A DNA stretch of 64,000 nt from Acidimicrobiales bacterium (GTDB lineage: Bacteria > Actinomycetota > Acidimicrobiia > Acidimicrobiales > SZUA-35), in contig JAHEJM010000010.1 in assembly GCA_024638815.1 (NCBI GenBank), positions 939 through 64,938 of the forward strand, read 5' to 3'. The notes under the pieces are model-generated. The model had not been told where the DNA came from, searched no databases, and saw only the letters and a program-made list of their open reading frames with translations. Each line of letters begins with the position of its first letter. Within the stretch, counting starts at the first letter, position 1. Positions 36,553 to 44,396 of the stretch are shown here, piece after piece. Made by a program: the position numbers and the translations under genes.

Positions 36553-37560
36553 GTGTCGGCCGTCGATCCTGACGTCACGGTACGTCTTGGTCTGATTGCC
36601 GCCTCCCGTATCGCCGGGGGTGCGGTCATCGCACCGGCCCCCGACGTCGACGGGATGGAGGTGGTGGCCGTCGCCGCCCGTGACGCCGATCGAGCGGCCA
36701 AGGCTGCCGCCGAATGGAATCTGGCCCACAGCTTCGGTTCCTATCAGGACCTGCTCGAGTCCGATGAGGTCGATGCCGTCTACATCGGCACTCCGGCATC
36801 ACTGCATCGCCGCTGGGCGGTGGCTGCGCTCGATGCCGGAAGGCACGTGTTGTGCGAGAAACCCTTGGCCGCCAACGCCGACGACGGCCGGCTCATCGCC
36901 GAGGCGTCGGCTCGCAGCGACCGGGTGGCGATGGAGGGATACCACTGGCGCTACCATCCGCTGGCGGCCCGAGTTCGCTCGGTGATCGACTCCGGCGAGT
37001 TGGGTGAGCTCCGGCATATCGAGGCCCGGTTCGACATCGCCGACGGCCGAATCGGTCGAGACGACATTCGATGGAATCTGGCGCTGGGTGGGGGAGCGCT
37101 CATGGACCTGGGCTGCTACCCGGTTCAGTGGGTCCGCTTTGCTGCCGGTGGTGATCCGGATGTGGTGTCGGCTCGGGCCGAGTGCCCGGTCGATGGGGTC
37201 GACGGCCGGCTGGAGGCCGAGCTGTCATGGCCCGGGATCACCGGTTTGATCCACAGCTCCATGATCGCCGAGCACACGGTCAACAACCTGATCGTGACCG
37301 GCACCGACGGCACCCTGACCGTCGACAACCCACTGGCCCCTCAGAACGGGGCCGGCCTGGCCGTCGAGACGTCGACCGGCCGCCGGGAGGAACCGGTGCC
37401 GACCTCGGCCACCTATTACCACCAACTGGTCGCCTTCCGCGACGCCATCAGGCACGGCACGCCGTTCCCCACCACCATCGGGGACGGGGTCCGGACCATG
37501 GCCATCATCGACGCCTGCTATCGGGCCGCAGGCATGGAGCCCCGGCCCACCGCCGACTGA
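36553..37560 (+). CDS. Gfo/Idh/MocA family oxidoreductase
   Basis: N-terminal Rossmann fold (RLGLIAASRIA). The EKP motif occurs in HVLCEKPLA. The C-terminal domain is typical of the family. Confidence 0.85.
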   Translation: MSAVDPDVTVRLGLIAASRIAGGAVIAPAPDVDGMEVVAVAARDADRAAKAAAEWNLAHSFGSYQDLLESDEVDAVYIGTPASLHRRWAVAALDAGRHVLCEKPLAANADDGRLIAEASARSDRVAMEGYHWRYHPLAARVRSVIDSGELGELRHIEARFDIADGRIGRDDIRWNLALGGGALMDLGCYPVQWVRFAAGGDPDVVSARAECPVDGVDGRLEAELSWPGITGLIHSSMIAEHTVNNLIVTGTDGTLTVDNPLAPQNGAGLAVETSTGRREEPVPTSATYYHQLVAFRDAIRHGTPFPTTIGDGVRTMAIIDACYRAAGMEPRPTAD

Positions 37561-37614
37561 CCCCGGTCGGTCCGCACCCTGGGGACCAGCGGCGTCGACT
37601 GTGGGGTCCAGTCG

Positions 37615-38241
37615 TCAGCCCACCGGCGTGACCGTGTCCAACCAGTTGGTCAGCAGGTGCTTTCCCCCCACGGTGAGCACCGACTCGGGGTGGAATTGCA
37701 CGCCATGGACGTTCAGCGAGCGGTGCCGCAACCCCATGATCAAGCCGGTGTCGGTCTCGGCGGTGATCTCCAAGGAGTCGGGGAGGCCATCACGCTCCAC
37801 GATCAGCGAGTGGTATCGGGTGGCCTCCAGCGGAGACGGCAATCCCTGAAACACGCCGATATTGCGATGGCGGATGAACGAGGTTTTCCCGTGCATCAGT
37901 TCGGGGGCCCGGCTCACCGTGCCGCCGTAGATCTGCCCGATGCATTGGTGGCCGAGGCAGACGCCGAGCACCGGTCGCTTGCCGGCGAAGTGGACGATGG
38001 CGTCGTTGGAGACGCCGGCGTCGTCGGGTGTGCCGGGCCCGGGTGAGATCAGCACGGCGTCGGGTTCGAGGGCGGCGAGCTCGTCGATGGTCTTCTCGTC
38101 GTTTCGAACAACCACGGGATCCCACCCCAGTTCACCGAGGTACTGGACCAGGATATAGACGAACGAATCGTAGTTATCGATGACGAGGACACGCTGGCTC
38201 ACCGGGATCAGGGTAGTAGGCTGGATCCCGTGGTTCGACAA
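37615..38241 (-). CDS. trpG: Anthranilate/aminodeoxychorismate synthase glutamine amidotransferase component
   Basis: Class I GATase motifs [16 protein letters not shown] (catalytic Cys) and VQFHPES. The position after pknB matches Rv0013. Confidence 0.9.
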   Translation of the reverse strand: MSNHGIQPTTLIPVSQRVLVIDNYDSFVYILVQYLGELGWDPVVVRNDEKTIDELAALEPDAVLISPGPGTPDDAGVSNDAIVHFAGKRPVLGVCLGHQCIGQIYGGTVSRAPELMHGKTSFIRHRNIGVFQGLPSPLEATRYHSLIVERDGLPDSLEITAETDTGLIMGLRHRSLNVHGVQFHPESVLTVGGKHLLTNWLDTVTPVG

Positions 38242-38520
38242 GACAAATCCAAGCCCGGTCGAGTAACCCCCAAGGGGACGGTGTCAACTCCCGAGAGTGG
38301 CACCGCCCCCAGCGGCGTGAGCCGCCAGCCGGTCAAGGTCGACTCTCCGTCGCCGGTCATCGTGCCCATCGTGATGTTCATCTCGTTCATTCTCGGCACC
38401 GGGATCATCCTGTTCAACTACCTGACCAACGACATTCTCGGTACTCCGAGCAACTGGTATCTTCTCGGCGGACTCGGCCTCATTCTGGTCGGGATCGTGG
38501 CCGCCACCCAGTACCGGTAG
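38230..38520 (+). CDS. crgA: Cell division protein CrgA
   Basis: 96 aa. A basic N-terminus (KPGRVTPKG) is followed by two TM helices ending [22 protein letters not shown], as in CrgA. Confidence 0.8.
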   Translation: MVRQDKSKPGRVTPKGTVSTPESGTAPSGVSRQPVKVDSPSPVIVPIVMFISFILGTGIILFNYLTNDILGTPSNWYLLGGLGLILVGIVAATQYR

Positions 38521-38567
38521 ACCCGGTACCGACAGGCACCGTACCGATTGGACCAGTACCGACAGGG

Positions 38568-38704
38568 TCTGTCCACACCCTGTTGATGATTGGACACGGA
38601 GTGCGATTCGCCTAGTGATTACTGGGTTCTGCACCTTGTCCAGGTAGTAGGCAGCGTCAGCCCGCAGCCATCGTTATCCACAAGATGTGGATTCTTTGTC
38701 CATC
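38568..38704. promoter_or_regulatory. Cluster of DnaA-box-like 9-mers
   Basis: CTGTCCACA 38569-77. TTGTCCAGG 38636-44. TTATCCACA 38674-82, facing TGTGGATTC 38686-94 (reverse GAATCCACA). TTGTCCATC 38696-704. The consensus boxes are TTATCCACA and TTGTCCACA. Confidence 0.4.
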
Positions 38705-39128
38705 ACAGGGCGTCGTCCTCGGTGGCGGTGAGCTCCATGTCCTCGGTGCAGTGACGGGGCGGATCGGGAACCTCGTCATTGGCCAGGGTCATACGGATCT
38801 CGGTTCCACAGATGTTGCACCGATACTTGAGCTTGACCCGCCGGAGCTCGCCGGCCGGCGGGGCGTCGGGGATGGGCCGGGCAAAGGCGCCGATGATGGC
38901 GAAACCAAGCCGGAACATGACATACATGGCCGCCACCGTGGCCAGCACCCGCCATGGCTCGAAGCCGGCGATCAACAACCCGGCGCCGATGGCCAGAACC
39001 GCCACCAGCAGGATGCGGTGTCGCCGCTTCTGAATGGTGGCATCACGCAGCTTGGCCGAGGACTCCACGGGGGTGTCGTCGGCGTCGATCCGTTGGGGAA
39101 CGTCGGTCACCGGTTCGAAATCGGTCAC
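38703..39128 (-). CDS. Conserved membrane protein (Rv0010c-like by size and position)
   Basis: 141 aa with two TM helices (ILLVAVLAIGAGLLIAGF and VLATVAAMYVMFRLGFAIIGAF). The C-terminal CNICG...HC segment follows. It lies next to crgA, as in mycobacteria. Confidence 0.65.
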   Translation of the reverse strand: MTDFEPVTDVPQRIDADDTPVESSAKLRDATIQKRRHRILLVAVLAIGAGLLIAGFEPWRVLATVAAMYVMFRLGFAIIGAFARPIPDAPPAGELRRVKLKYRCNICGTEIRMTLANDEVPDPPRHCTEDMELTATEDDAL

Positions 39129-39308
39129 ACCTCCTAGTCTAGTTCGCCGTCCTCACTCCCGACCTTTTGTGGCTCCTCATCCCCAAAACGGGACGATGGC
39201 ACACACAACCTCGCCGGGAGGGGGTCGAGATGACGCAAAGCTCGCGTTGGGGTCGAGTAGGGCTGGGTTCGTCGGCGGCCATGACCCTGGTGCGATGAGA
39301 CGGTGCTC

Positions 39309-39400
39309 GGCAACTCTCCGAGTTGCTCCGAGTTTGGCCTCCGGCCAAACATCGCCATAACTTGATTGGATCGTGAACATCCACGCCGCCAAGCCACACT
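39309..39400 (+). repeat. About 92-nt two-hairpin element, copy 1 (upstream of the acyl-CoA ligase)
   Basis: It aligns without gaps to 45732-45823 at roughly 70% identity by eye. It contains the hairpins GCAACTC-TCC-GAGTTGC and GTTTGGCC-TCC-GGCCAAAC, followed by GTGAACA. Confidence 0.7.
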
Positions 39401-39456
39401 ACGGTTGGGAGACCGAATCCAGAGCAGGTCGGCGGTCAGATCGAGAGGCGTTACCC

Positions 39457-41250
39457 ATGACAGAATCGGCAAGTATCGAAGCCACGGTTGCAGGCGAAAC
39501 CATCCCCACAATGATCCTGAAAACGGTGGCCGCCCACGGGGATCTGGTCGCCCTGCGGCACAAGGGCGACGACGGTGCCTGGCATGACACCACGTACACC
39601 ACCTACGCCGACCAGGTGGCTCGGGTCGCCGCCGGACTGGCTGCCCACGGCCTGGGACCGGGCGACCGTCTGGTCATGATGATCCGCAACCGGCCCGAAT
39701 TCCACGTGCTCGATGCCGCCGCCCTCTTTCTGGGCGCGACCCCGGTCTCCATCTACAACTCGTCTTCGCCCGACCAGATCGAGTATCTGGCCAACGACGC
39801 CTCGGCCAAGCTGGCGGTGGTGGAGGATGCCGGATTCCATCAATCGTTCTCCAAGGCTCGGCCGTCCATCGCCAGCCTGGAAAAAGTGGGCGTCATCTCC
39901 GACGGGGTCGATGCCGACTTCACCTATGCCGACCTGCTGGCCCACGACGCCATCGACCTGGACGAGGCGGCCCGGACGGCGAGCACCGATGATCTGGCCA
40001 CCCTCATCTACACCTCGGGCACCACCGGCCCATCCAAGGGGGTCATGCTCGACCACGCCAACATCTGCTGGACGGTCGAGTGCCTCCGGCGGTCCTTCGC
40101 CCTGGACGAGTTCGCCGGCAAGCGTGTGGTCAGCTACCTGCCCATGGCCCACATCGCCGAGCGCATGGTCAGCCACTACTCGATGATGTTCCTGGGCTAT
40201 GAGGTGAGCTGTTGTCCCGATCCGACGCAGTTCGCGGCCTATGCCGGCGAAGTGAGACCCAACATCATGTTCGGTGTGCCTCGGGTGTGGGAAAAGATCT
40301 ACTCCGGTATCCATGCCGCCCTGGCCGCCGACCCGGAGAAGGCCCAGAAGGTGGCCGAGGCGGTGGAGGCGGCGGCCCCTATCAAGGAAAAGATGACCTG
40401 GGGCACGGCAACCCCTGATGAGATCGAGACCTACGAGTTCCTGGACGCCGTTGCCTTCTCCACCATCAGAGGTCTGGTCGGTCTCGATCAGCTGGAGTCC
40501 GCCGTCACCGGCGCCGCCCCTATTCCGGCCGAGATGTTGAGCTGGTTCCGCACCATCGGTGTGCCCCTGTCCGAGATCTACGGCCTGTCCGAGACCTCGG
40601 GCCCGATGACCTGGGCTGCGTACAAGGTGAAGCCGGGCTACGTCGGTCCGGCCTGTCCCGGCGTGGAGGTCAAGCTCGACAGCGACGGCGAGGTCATGTG
40701 CCGGGGCGGCAACGTGTTCCGGGGCTACCTGAACCAGCCGGAGAAGACGGCCGAGGTGCTCGACGACGAGGGCTGGTTCCGCTCCGGCGACATCGGTGAG
40801 TTCGATGAGGACGGCTACCTCAAGATCGTCGACCGCAAGAAGGAGCTGATCATCACCGCCGGGGGGAAGAACCTGTCGCCCTCGAACCTCGAGGCTGCCC
40901 TCAAGATGATCCCGCTGGTGGGACAGGCCGTGGCCATCGGTGATCAGCGCCCGTTCGTATCGGCTCTGATCTGCCTCGACCCCGACGCCGCCGGCACCTG
41001 GGCCGCGGCCCACGGTCTGGAGGGGGCCGACCTCCACGAACTGGCCGACAACCCCGAGGTGATCGCTGAAATCGAAGCCGCCCTACCGGCGGCCATGGAG
41101 GGCTTCAGCAACGCCGAGCGAGTCAAGAAGGTCAAGATCCTGGGCGACGAATGGCTGCCCGACACCGACCTGCTGACCCCAACCTCCAAGCTCAAGCGCC
41201 GGGGCGTTCACGCCCACTATGGGGCCGAGATCGAGGCGCTGTACGCGTGA
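39457..41250 (+). CDS. Long-chain fatty acid-CoA ligase (AMP-dependent synthetase)
   Basis: AMP-binding motifs IYTSGTTGPSKG, YGLSETS, FRSGDIG and GGKNLSP are those of the FadD/FACL-type subfamily. The start is uncertain: the ATG at 39457 has a GAGAGG RBS, and an in-frame GTG at 39373 is an alternative. Confidence 0.85.
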   Translation: MTESASIEATVAGETIPTMILKTVAAHGDLVALRHKGDDGAWHDTTYTTYADQVARVAAGLAAHGLGPGDRLVMMIRNRPEFHVLDAAALFLGATPVSIYNSSSPDQIEYLANDASAKLAVVEDAGFHQSFSKARPSIASLEKVGVISDGVDADFTYADLLAHDAIDLDEAARTASTDDLATLIYTSGTTGPSKGVMLDHANICWTVECLRRSFALDEFAGKRVVSYLPMAHIAERMVSHYSMMFLGYEVSCCPDPTQFAAYAGEVRPNIMFGVPRVWEKIYSGIHAALAADPEKAQKVAEAVEAAAPIKEKMTWGTATPDEIETYEFLDAVAFSTIRGLVGLDQLESAVTGAAPIPAEMLSWFRTIGVPLSEIYGLSETSGPMTWAAYKVKPGYVGPACPGVEVKLDSDGEVMCRGGNVFRGYLNQPEKTAEVLDDEGWFRSGDIGEFDEDGYLKIVDRKKELIITAGGKNLSPSNLEAALKMIPLVGQAVAIGDQRPFVSALICLDPDAAGTWAAAHGLEGADLHELADNPEVIAEIEAALPAAMEGFSNAERVKKVKILGDEWLPDTDLLTPTSKLKRRGVHAHYGAEIEALYA

Positions 41251-42926
41251 GCGAATCAGCACCGGCCCAAGACCCGTCCCACGGTGGTCGGTTGGCGGCC
41301 AAGGCGCTCAAGGCGGCCGGGGTGGAATGCGTGTTCACCCTGTCCGGAGGCCACGTGATGGGCATCTACGACGGCTGCATCGACGAAGGCATCAAGGTGG
41401 TCGACGTCCGTCACGAACAGGCTGCGGTGCACGCCGCCGATGCCTGGGCCCGGCTCAACCCGGGAACGGTCGGTGTGGCCATTCTCACCGCCGGCCCGGG
41501 GGTCACCGACGGTGTCACCGGGGTGGCCAATGCCTGGCGGGCCAACTCGCCCATCGTGGTCTTCGGCGGCCAAGGTCCGTTCAACAACCTGCGCCGGGGT
41601 TCGCTCCAGGAGATGGACCATGTCTCGGTCATGAAACCGATCACCAAGTGGGCCGATGCCTGCTACCAGACCGAACGCATCGGCGAGTACGTCGAGCTGG
41701 CGGTGCGCAACGCCATGAGCGGGGTGCCGGGACCGTCGTTCCTGGAAATCCCCATGGACGTGCTCCACGGACCGGTCGACCTGGCCGCCGTCGGGGTACC
41801 TCGGTTTCGTGACTACCGGGTGGCGTGGTCGGCGCCGGACGACCGTCTCGCCGAGGTGGCACGGCTGCTGGCCGGGGCCGAGCGCCCCATGCTGATGGCC
41901 GGCACCGCTCTCAAGTGGTCGGAGGGTGGCGATGCCCTGCGGTCTTTCGTCGAGGCCACCGGGATCCCGTGCTACACCAACGGCATGGGTCGGGGCATGC
42001 TGCCCATGAGCCATCCCGGGTTCTACAGCCGCAGCCGCAAGGCAGCTCTGTCCGAGGCCGATCTGGTCATGCTGGCCGGCACCCCGCTCGATTTCCGTAT
42101 GCGGTTCGGGGCTTCAATCGGGCCCGACGCCACCATCATCCAGCTCGATCTGGACGAGACCCTGATCGGCCAGAATCGAGCGGCCGATGTGGGCCTGGTC
42201 GGCAACCTGGGGGCCAACCTCGATGCTGTGCGGGACCGGCTGGCAGCCGACGGCGTCGCCGGCCCGATCGGGGCCAAGGACTGGGCCGCAGGGCTGCGCA
42301 CCATCGAGGACGAGACCGAGGCGGCCCAGGCCTCCCAGCTCAACTCCGACGAGGTCCCCATCGATCCGCTGCGGCTGTGCCGCGAGATCGCCGACTTCGT
42401 GGCCACCAGCGATGACATGATCGTCATCGGCGACGGGGGCGACATCGTGGCCCAGGCGTCCAAGGTGCTGAAGGTACCGGACAGCGGGACCTGGATGGAT
42501 CCGGGACCGCTCGGCACGCTGGGGGTGGGTATGCCGTTCGGTCTGGCGGCCCAGATCACGCACCCCGATCGGCGGGTTCTGATCGTCTACGGTGACGGCT
42601 CGTTCGGCCTCAACGGCTTCGAGTTCGACACCGCAGCTCGGTTCGGGTTGCCGGTGGTCGGCATCATCGGCAACGACGGCGCCTGGGGCCAGATGATGCG
42701 GCCCCAGGCAATGCTGTACGGTTCCGAGCGGCTGGTGGCCACCGAGTTGAGCTACACCCGCTACGACCAGGTGGTGGAGGCCCTGGGTGGCCACGGCGAG
42801 CACGTGACCAAACCGGACGAGATCGGCCCGGCCCTGGAGCGGGCCTTCGCCTCGGGCAAGCCGGCCGTGGTCAATGTGGAGATGCGTAAGGACGTCGACG
42901 GCATCAAGGGTTCGACCTACGTGTAG
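41247..42926 (+). CDS. Thiamine diphosphate-dependent enzyme (acetolactate synthase / oxalyl-CoA decarboxylase / 2-hydroxyacyl-CoA lyase superfamily)
   Basis: The N-terminal Pyr domain reads VRHEQAAVHAADAWARL...TAGPGVTDGVTGVANA. The ThDP-binding motif is GDGSFGLNGFEFDTAARFGLPVVGIIGNDGAWG. The GTG start overlaps the ligase stop (GTGA at 41247-41250). Confidence 0.85.
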   Translation: MSESAPAQDPSHGGRLAAKALKAAGVECVFTLSGGHVMGIYDGCIDEGIKVVDVRHEQAAVHAADAWARLNPGTVGVAILTAGPGVTDGVTGVANAWRANSPIVVFGGQGPFNNLRRGSLQEMDHVSVMKPITKWADACYQTERIGEYVELAVRNAMSGVPGPSFLEIPMDVLHGPVDLAAVGVPRFRDYRVAWSAPDDRLAEVARLLAGAERPMLMAGTALKWSEGGDALRSFVEATGIPCYTNGMGRGMLPMSHPGFYSRSRKAALSEADLVMLAGTPLDFRMRFGASIGPDATIIQLDLDETLIGQNRAADVGLVGNLGANLDAVRDRLAADGVAGPIGAKDWAAGLRTIEDETEAAQASQLNSDEVPIDPLRLCREIADFVATSDDMIVIGDGGDIVAQASKVLKVPDSGTWMDPGPLGTLGVGMPFGLAAQITHPDRRVLIVYGDGSFGLNGFEFDTAARFGLPVVGIIGNDGAWGQMMRPQAMLYGSERLVATELSYTRYDQVVEALGGHGEHVTKPDEIGPALERAFASGKPAVVNVEMRKDVDGIKGSTYV

Positions 42927-42957
42927 GAGCCGACGGCGCAACAGCCTCGGTCGGACC

Positions 42958-43614
42958 TCAGCCGACCAGCTCGAAACCTCGCAGCAACATGGCCCGGAAC
43001 TCCGGTAGTCGGGCAGCGCCGGCCATGACCGACACGTACCCGGTGGCAAAGTCATCGGGTTCCACCCGGCCTTCGAGCAACTGCAGCAACGACGTGTATC
43101 CGACAGCCAACTCGATGTCGGGGTCGCCGGCACCGAAGGTGTCGCCGTAGTCAACGGCAACCGAGTCATCCGACGTGCGGATCGAGAATGGTTGATCGTC
43201 CACCGTCATCCGCACCGACAGGCTGGGCCGATCGTTCACGGCCTCCAGGGCCACACGGAGCGGCAGTACCACCGAGCGGAGGTTGCCGGGCGATCGTGGC
43301 TCGGGTTCGGGATCCAGCAGCAGGCCGAATCGGGCCAATTCCCACAGGATTCGGTCGGTGCGCCGGCCGATTGCGGTCAGTGTGTAGTGGGTCCGCCCAT
43401 CGACCATGGCTTTGGTCACCAGGCTGTTGTCGACCAGGTCGACGAGGCGTGTGGTCAGCAGGTTGGTGGCGATCCCCAGGCCGGTCTCCAACTCACCGAA
43501 GCGGGCTGGTCCGGCGTGCAGATCGCGCAGGATCAGCAACGACCACCGGTCTCCCAACGCATCCAGGGATCGGGCGATGGGGCAGAGCAAGAGGTAGCGA
43601 CGCTTGGGCGACAT
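42958..43614 (-). CDS. HxlR-family transcriptional regulator with C-terminal SCP2-like extension
   Basis: CPIARSLDALGDRWSLLILRDLHAGPARFGELETGLGIATNLLTTRLVDL is a typical HxlR winged helix. An additional C-terminal domain of about 120 aa follows. Confidence 0.8.
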   Translation of the reverse strand: MSPKRRYLLLCPIARSLDALGDRWSLLILRDLHAGPARFGELETGLGIATNLLTTRLVDLVDNSLVTKAMVDGRTHYTLTAIGRRTDRILWELARFGLLLDPEPEPRSPGNLRSVVLPLRVALEAVNDRPSLSVRMTVDDQPFSIRTSDDSVAVDYGDTFGAGDPDIELAVGYTSLLQLLEGRVEPDDFATGYVSVMAGAARLPEFRAMLLRGFELVG

Positions 43615-43641
43615 GAGATTCAGTTTACGGGCAAGCGCGAG

Positions 43642-43710
43642 ACTTGCTTGCAAAAAGCAAGTGAGCCGTGTTATCGTGAACGACACCCAGTTTCACTTGC
43701 AAATTGCAAG
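43642..43710. promoter_or_regulatory. Two CTTGC/GCAAG-arm palindromes (candidate operators) in a divergent promoter region
   Basis: ACTTGCT-TGCAAAA-AGCAAGT lies at 43642-43662. CTTGCAA-A-TTGCAAG lies at 43696-43710. Both sit between the HxlR gene and the carbonic anhydrase gene. Confidence 0.5.
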
Positions 43711-43751
43711 CGAACCTGATTTGACGGACTGACAACAGCAAGGACCGATCC

Positions 43752-44276
43752 ATGACAAACCTCACCCCTTTCCTCGACCGCAACCAGGCCTATGCCGACG
43801 GCGGCGCCTACAAAGGCCTAACCCCCATGCCGAAGCACCAGGTGTTCGTCATCACCTGCATGGACGGCAGGGTTGATCCGGCCCATTTCCTTGGGGTGGG
43901 ACCGGGTGAGGCGCTCGTCTACCGGAACGCCGGAGGTCGGGTTACCGACGAGGCGGTGCGTGAAGTCGCCTTCATCGGAGCCGTCACCGAGATGATGCTC
44001 GGTGATGAGGCCCCCATCTTCGAGGTCGCCGTCATCCACCACACCAACTGCGGTACGGCGTTCCTGGCCGACGAGAACTTCAACCGGGTCTTCTCGGCCA
44101 CGACGGGAGTCGCAGGGGATGAGCTCGAGGCCGAGGCCGTGGTCGATCCCCACCAGACGGTAAAGGCCGACGTGGACACGCTGCGGTCCTCGGCCCTACT
44201 ACCGGCCCACGCCGTGGTCTCGGGTCATGTCTACGACGTGCACACGGGAGTGGTGGAGACGGTGGTCCCGGTCTGA
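43752..44276 (+). CDS. Beta-class carbonic anhydrase-like protein
   Basis: The zinc ligand motifs VITCMDGRVDP (C-x-D-x-R) and HHTNCG (H-x-x-C) are present. Confidence 0.8.
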   Translation: MTNLTPFLDRNQAYADGGAYKGLTPMPKHQVFVITCMDGRVDPAHFLGVGPGEALVYRNAGGRVTDEAVREVAFIGAVTEMMLGDEAPIFEVAVIHHTNCGTAFLADENFNRVFSATTGVAGDELEAEAVVDPHQTVKADVDTLRSSALLPAHAVVSGHVYDVHTGVVETVVPV

Positions 44277-44396
44277 TCGGTCGGCCGCCGGCGTTGGCGT
44301 CGCCCCCGATGCAGATGGTCCATCCGATGCCTGGAGACGGATCAAGGCCGGACCGGGATGCAGGCCGGGGTGGCGAACTAGGTCTATGGTCAAACC

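Noticed and set aside
38521-38702. Calling this region the chromosomal origin (oriC).
   Set aside because: - No dnaA or dnaN lies in the window.
- No obvious A+T-rich unwinding element lies beyond the boxes.
- I report it only as a DnaA-box cluster that needs genome-wide context.
39451-41037. 528-aa ORF antisense to the long-chain acyl-CoA ligase.
   Set aside because: It is a shadow ORF with no motifs and biased composition.
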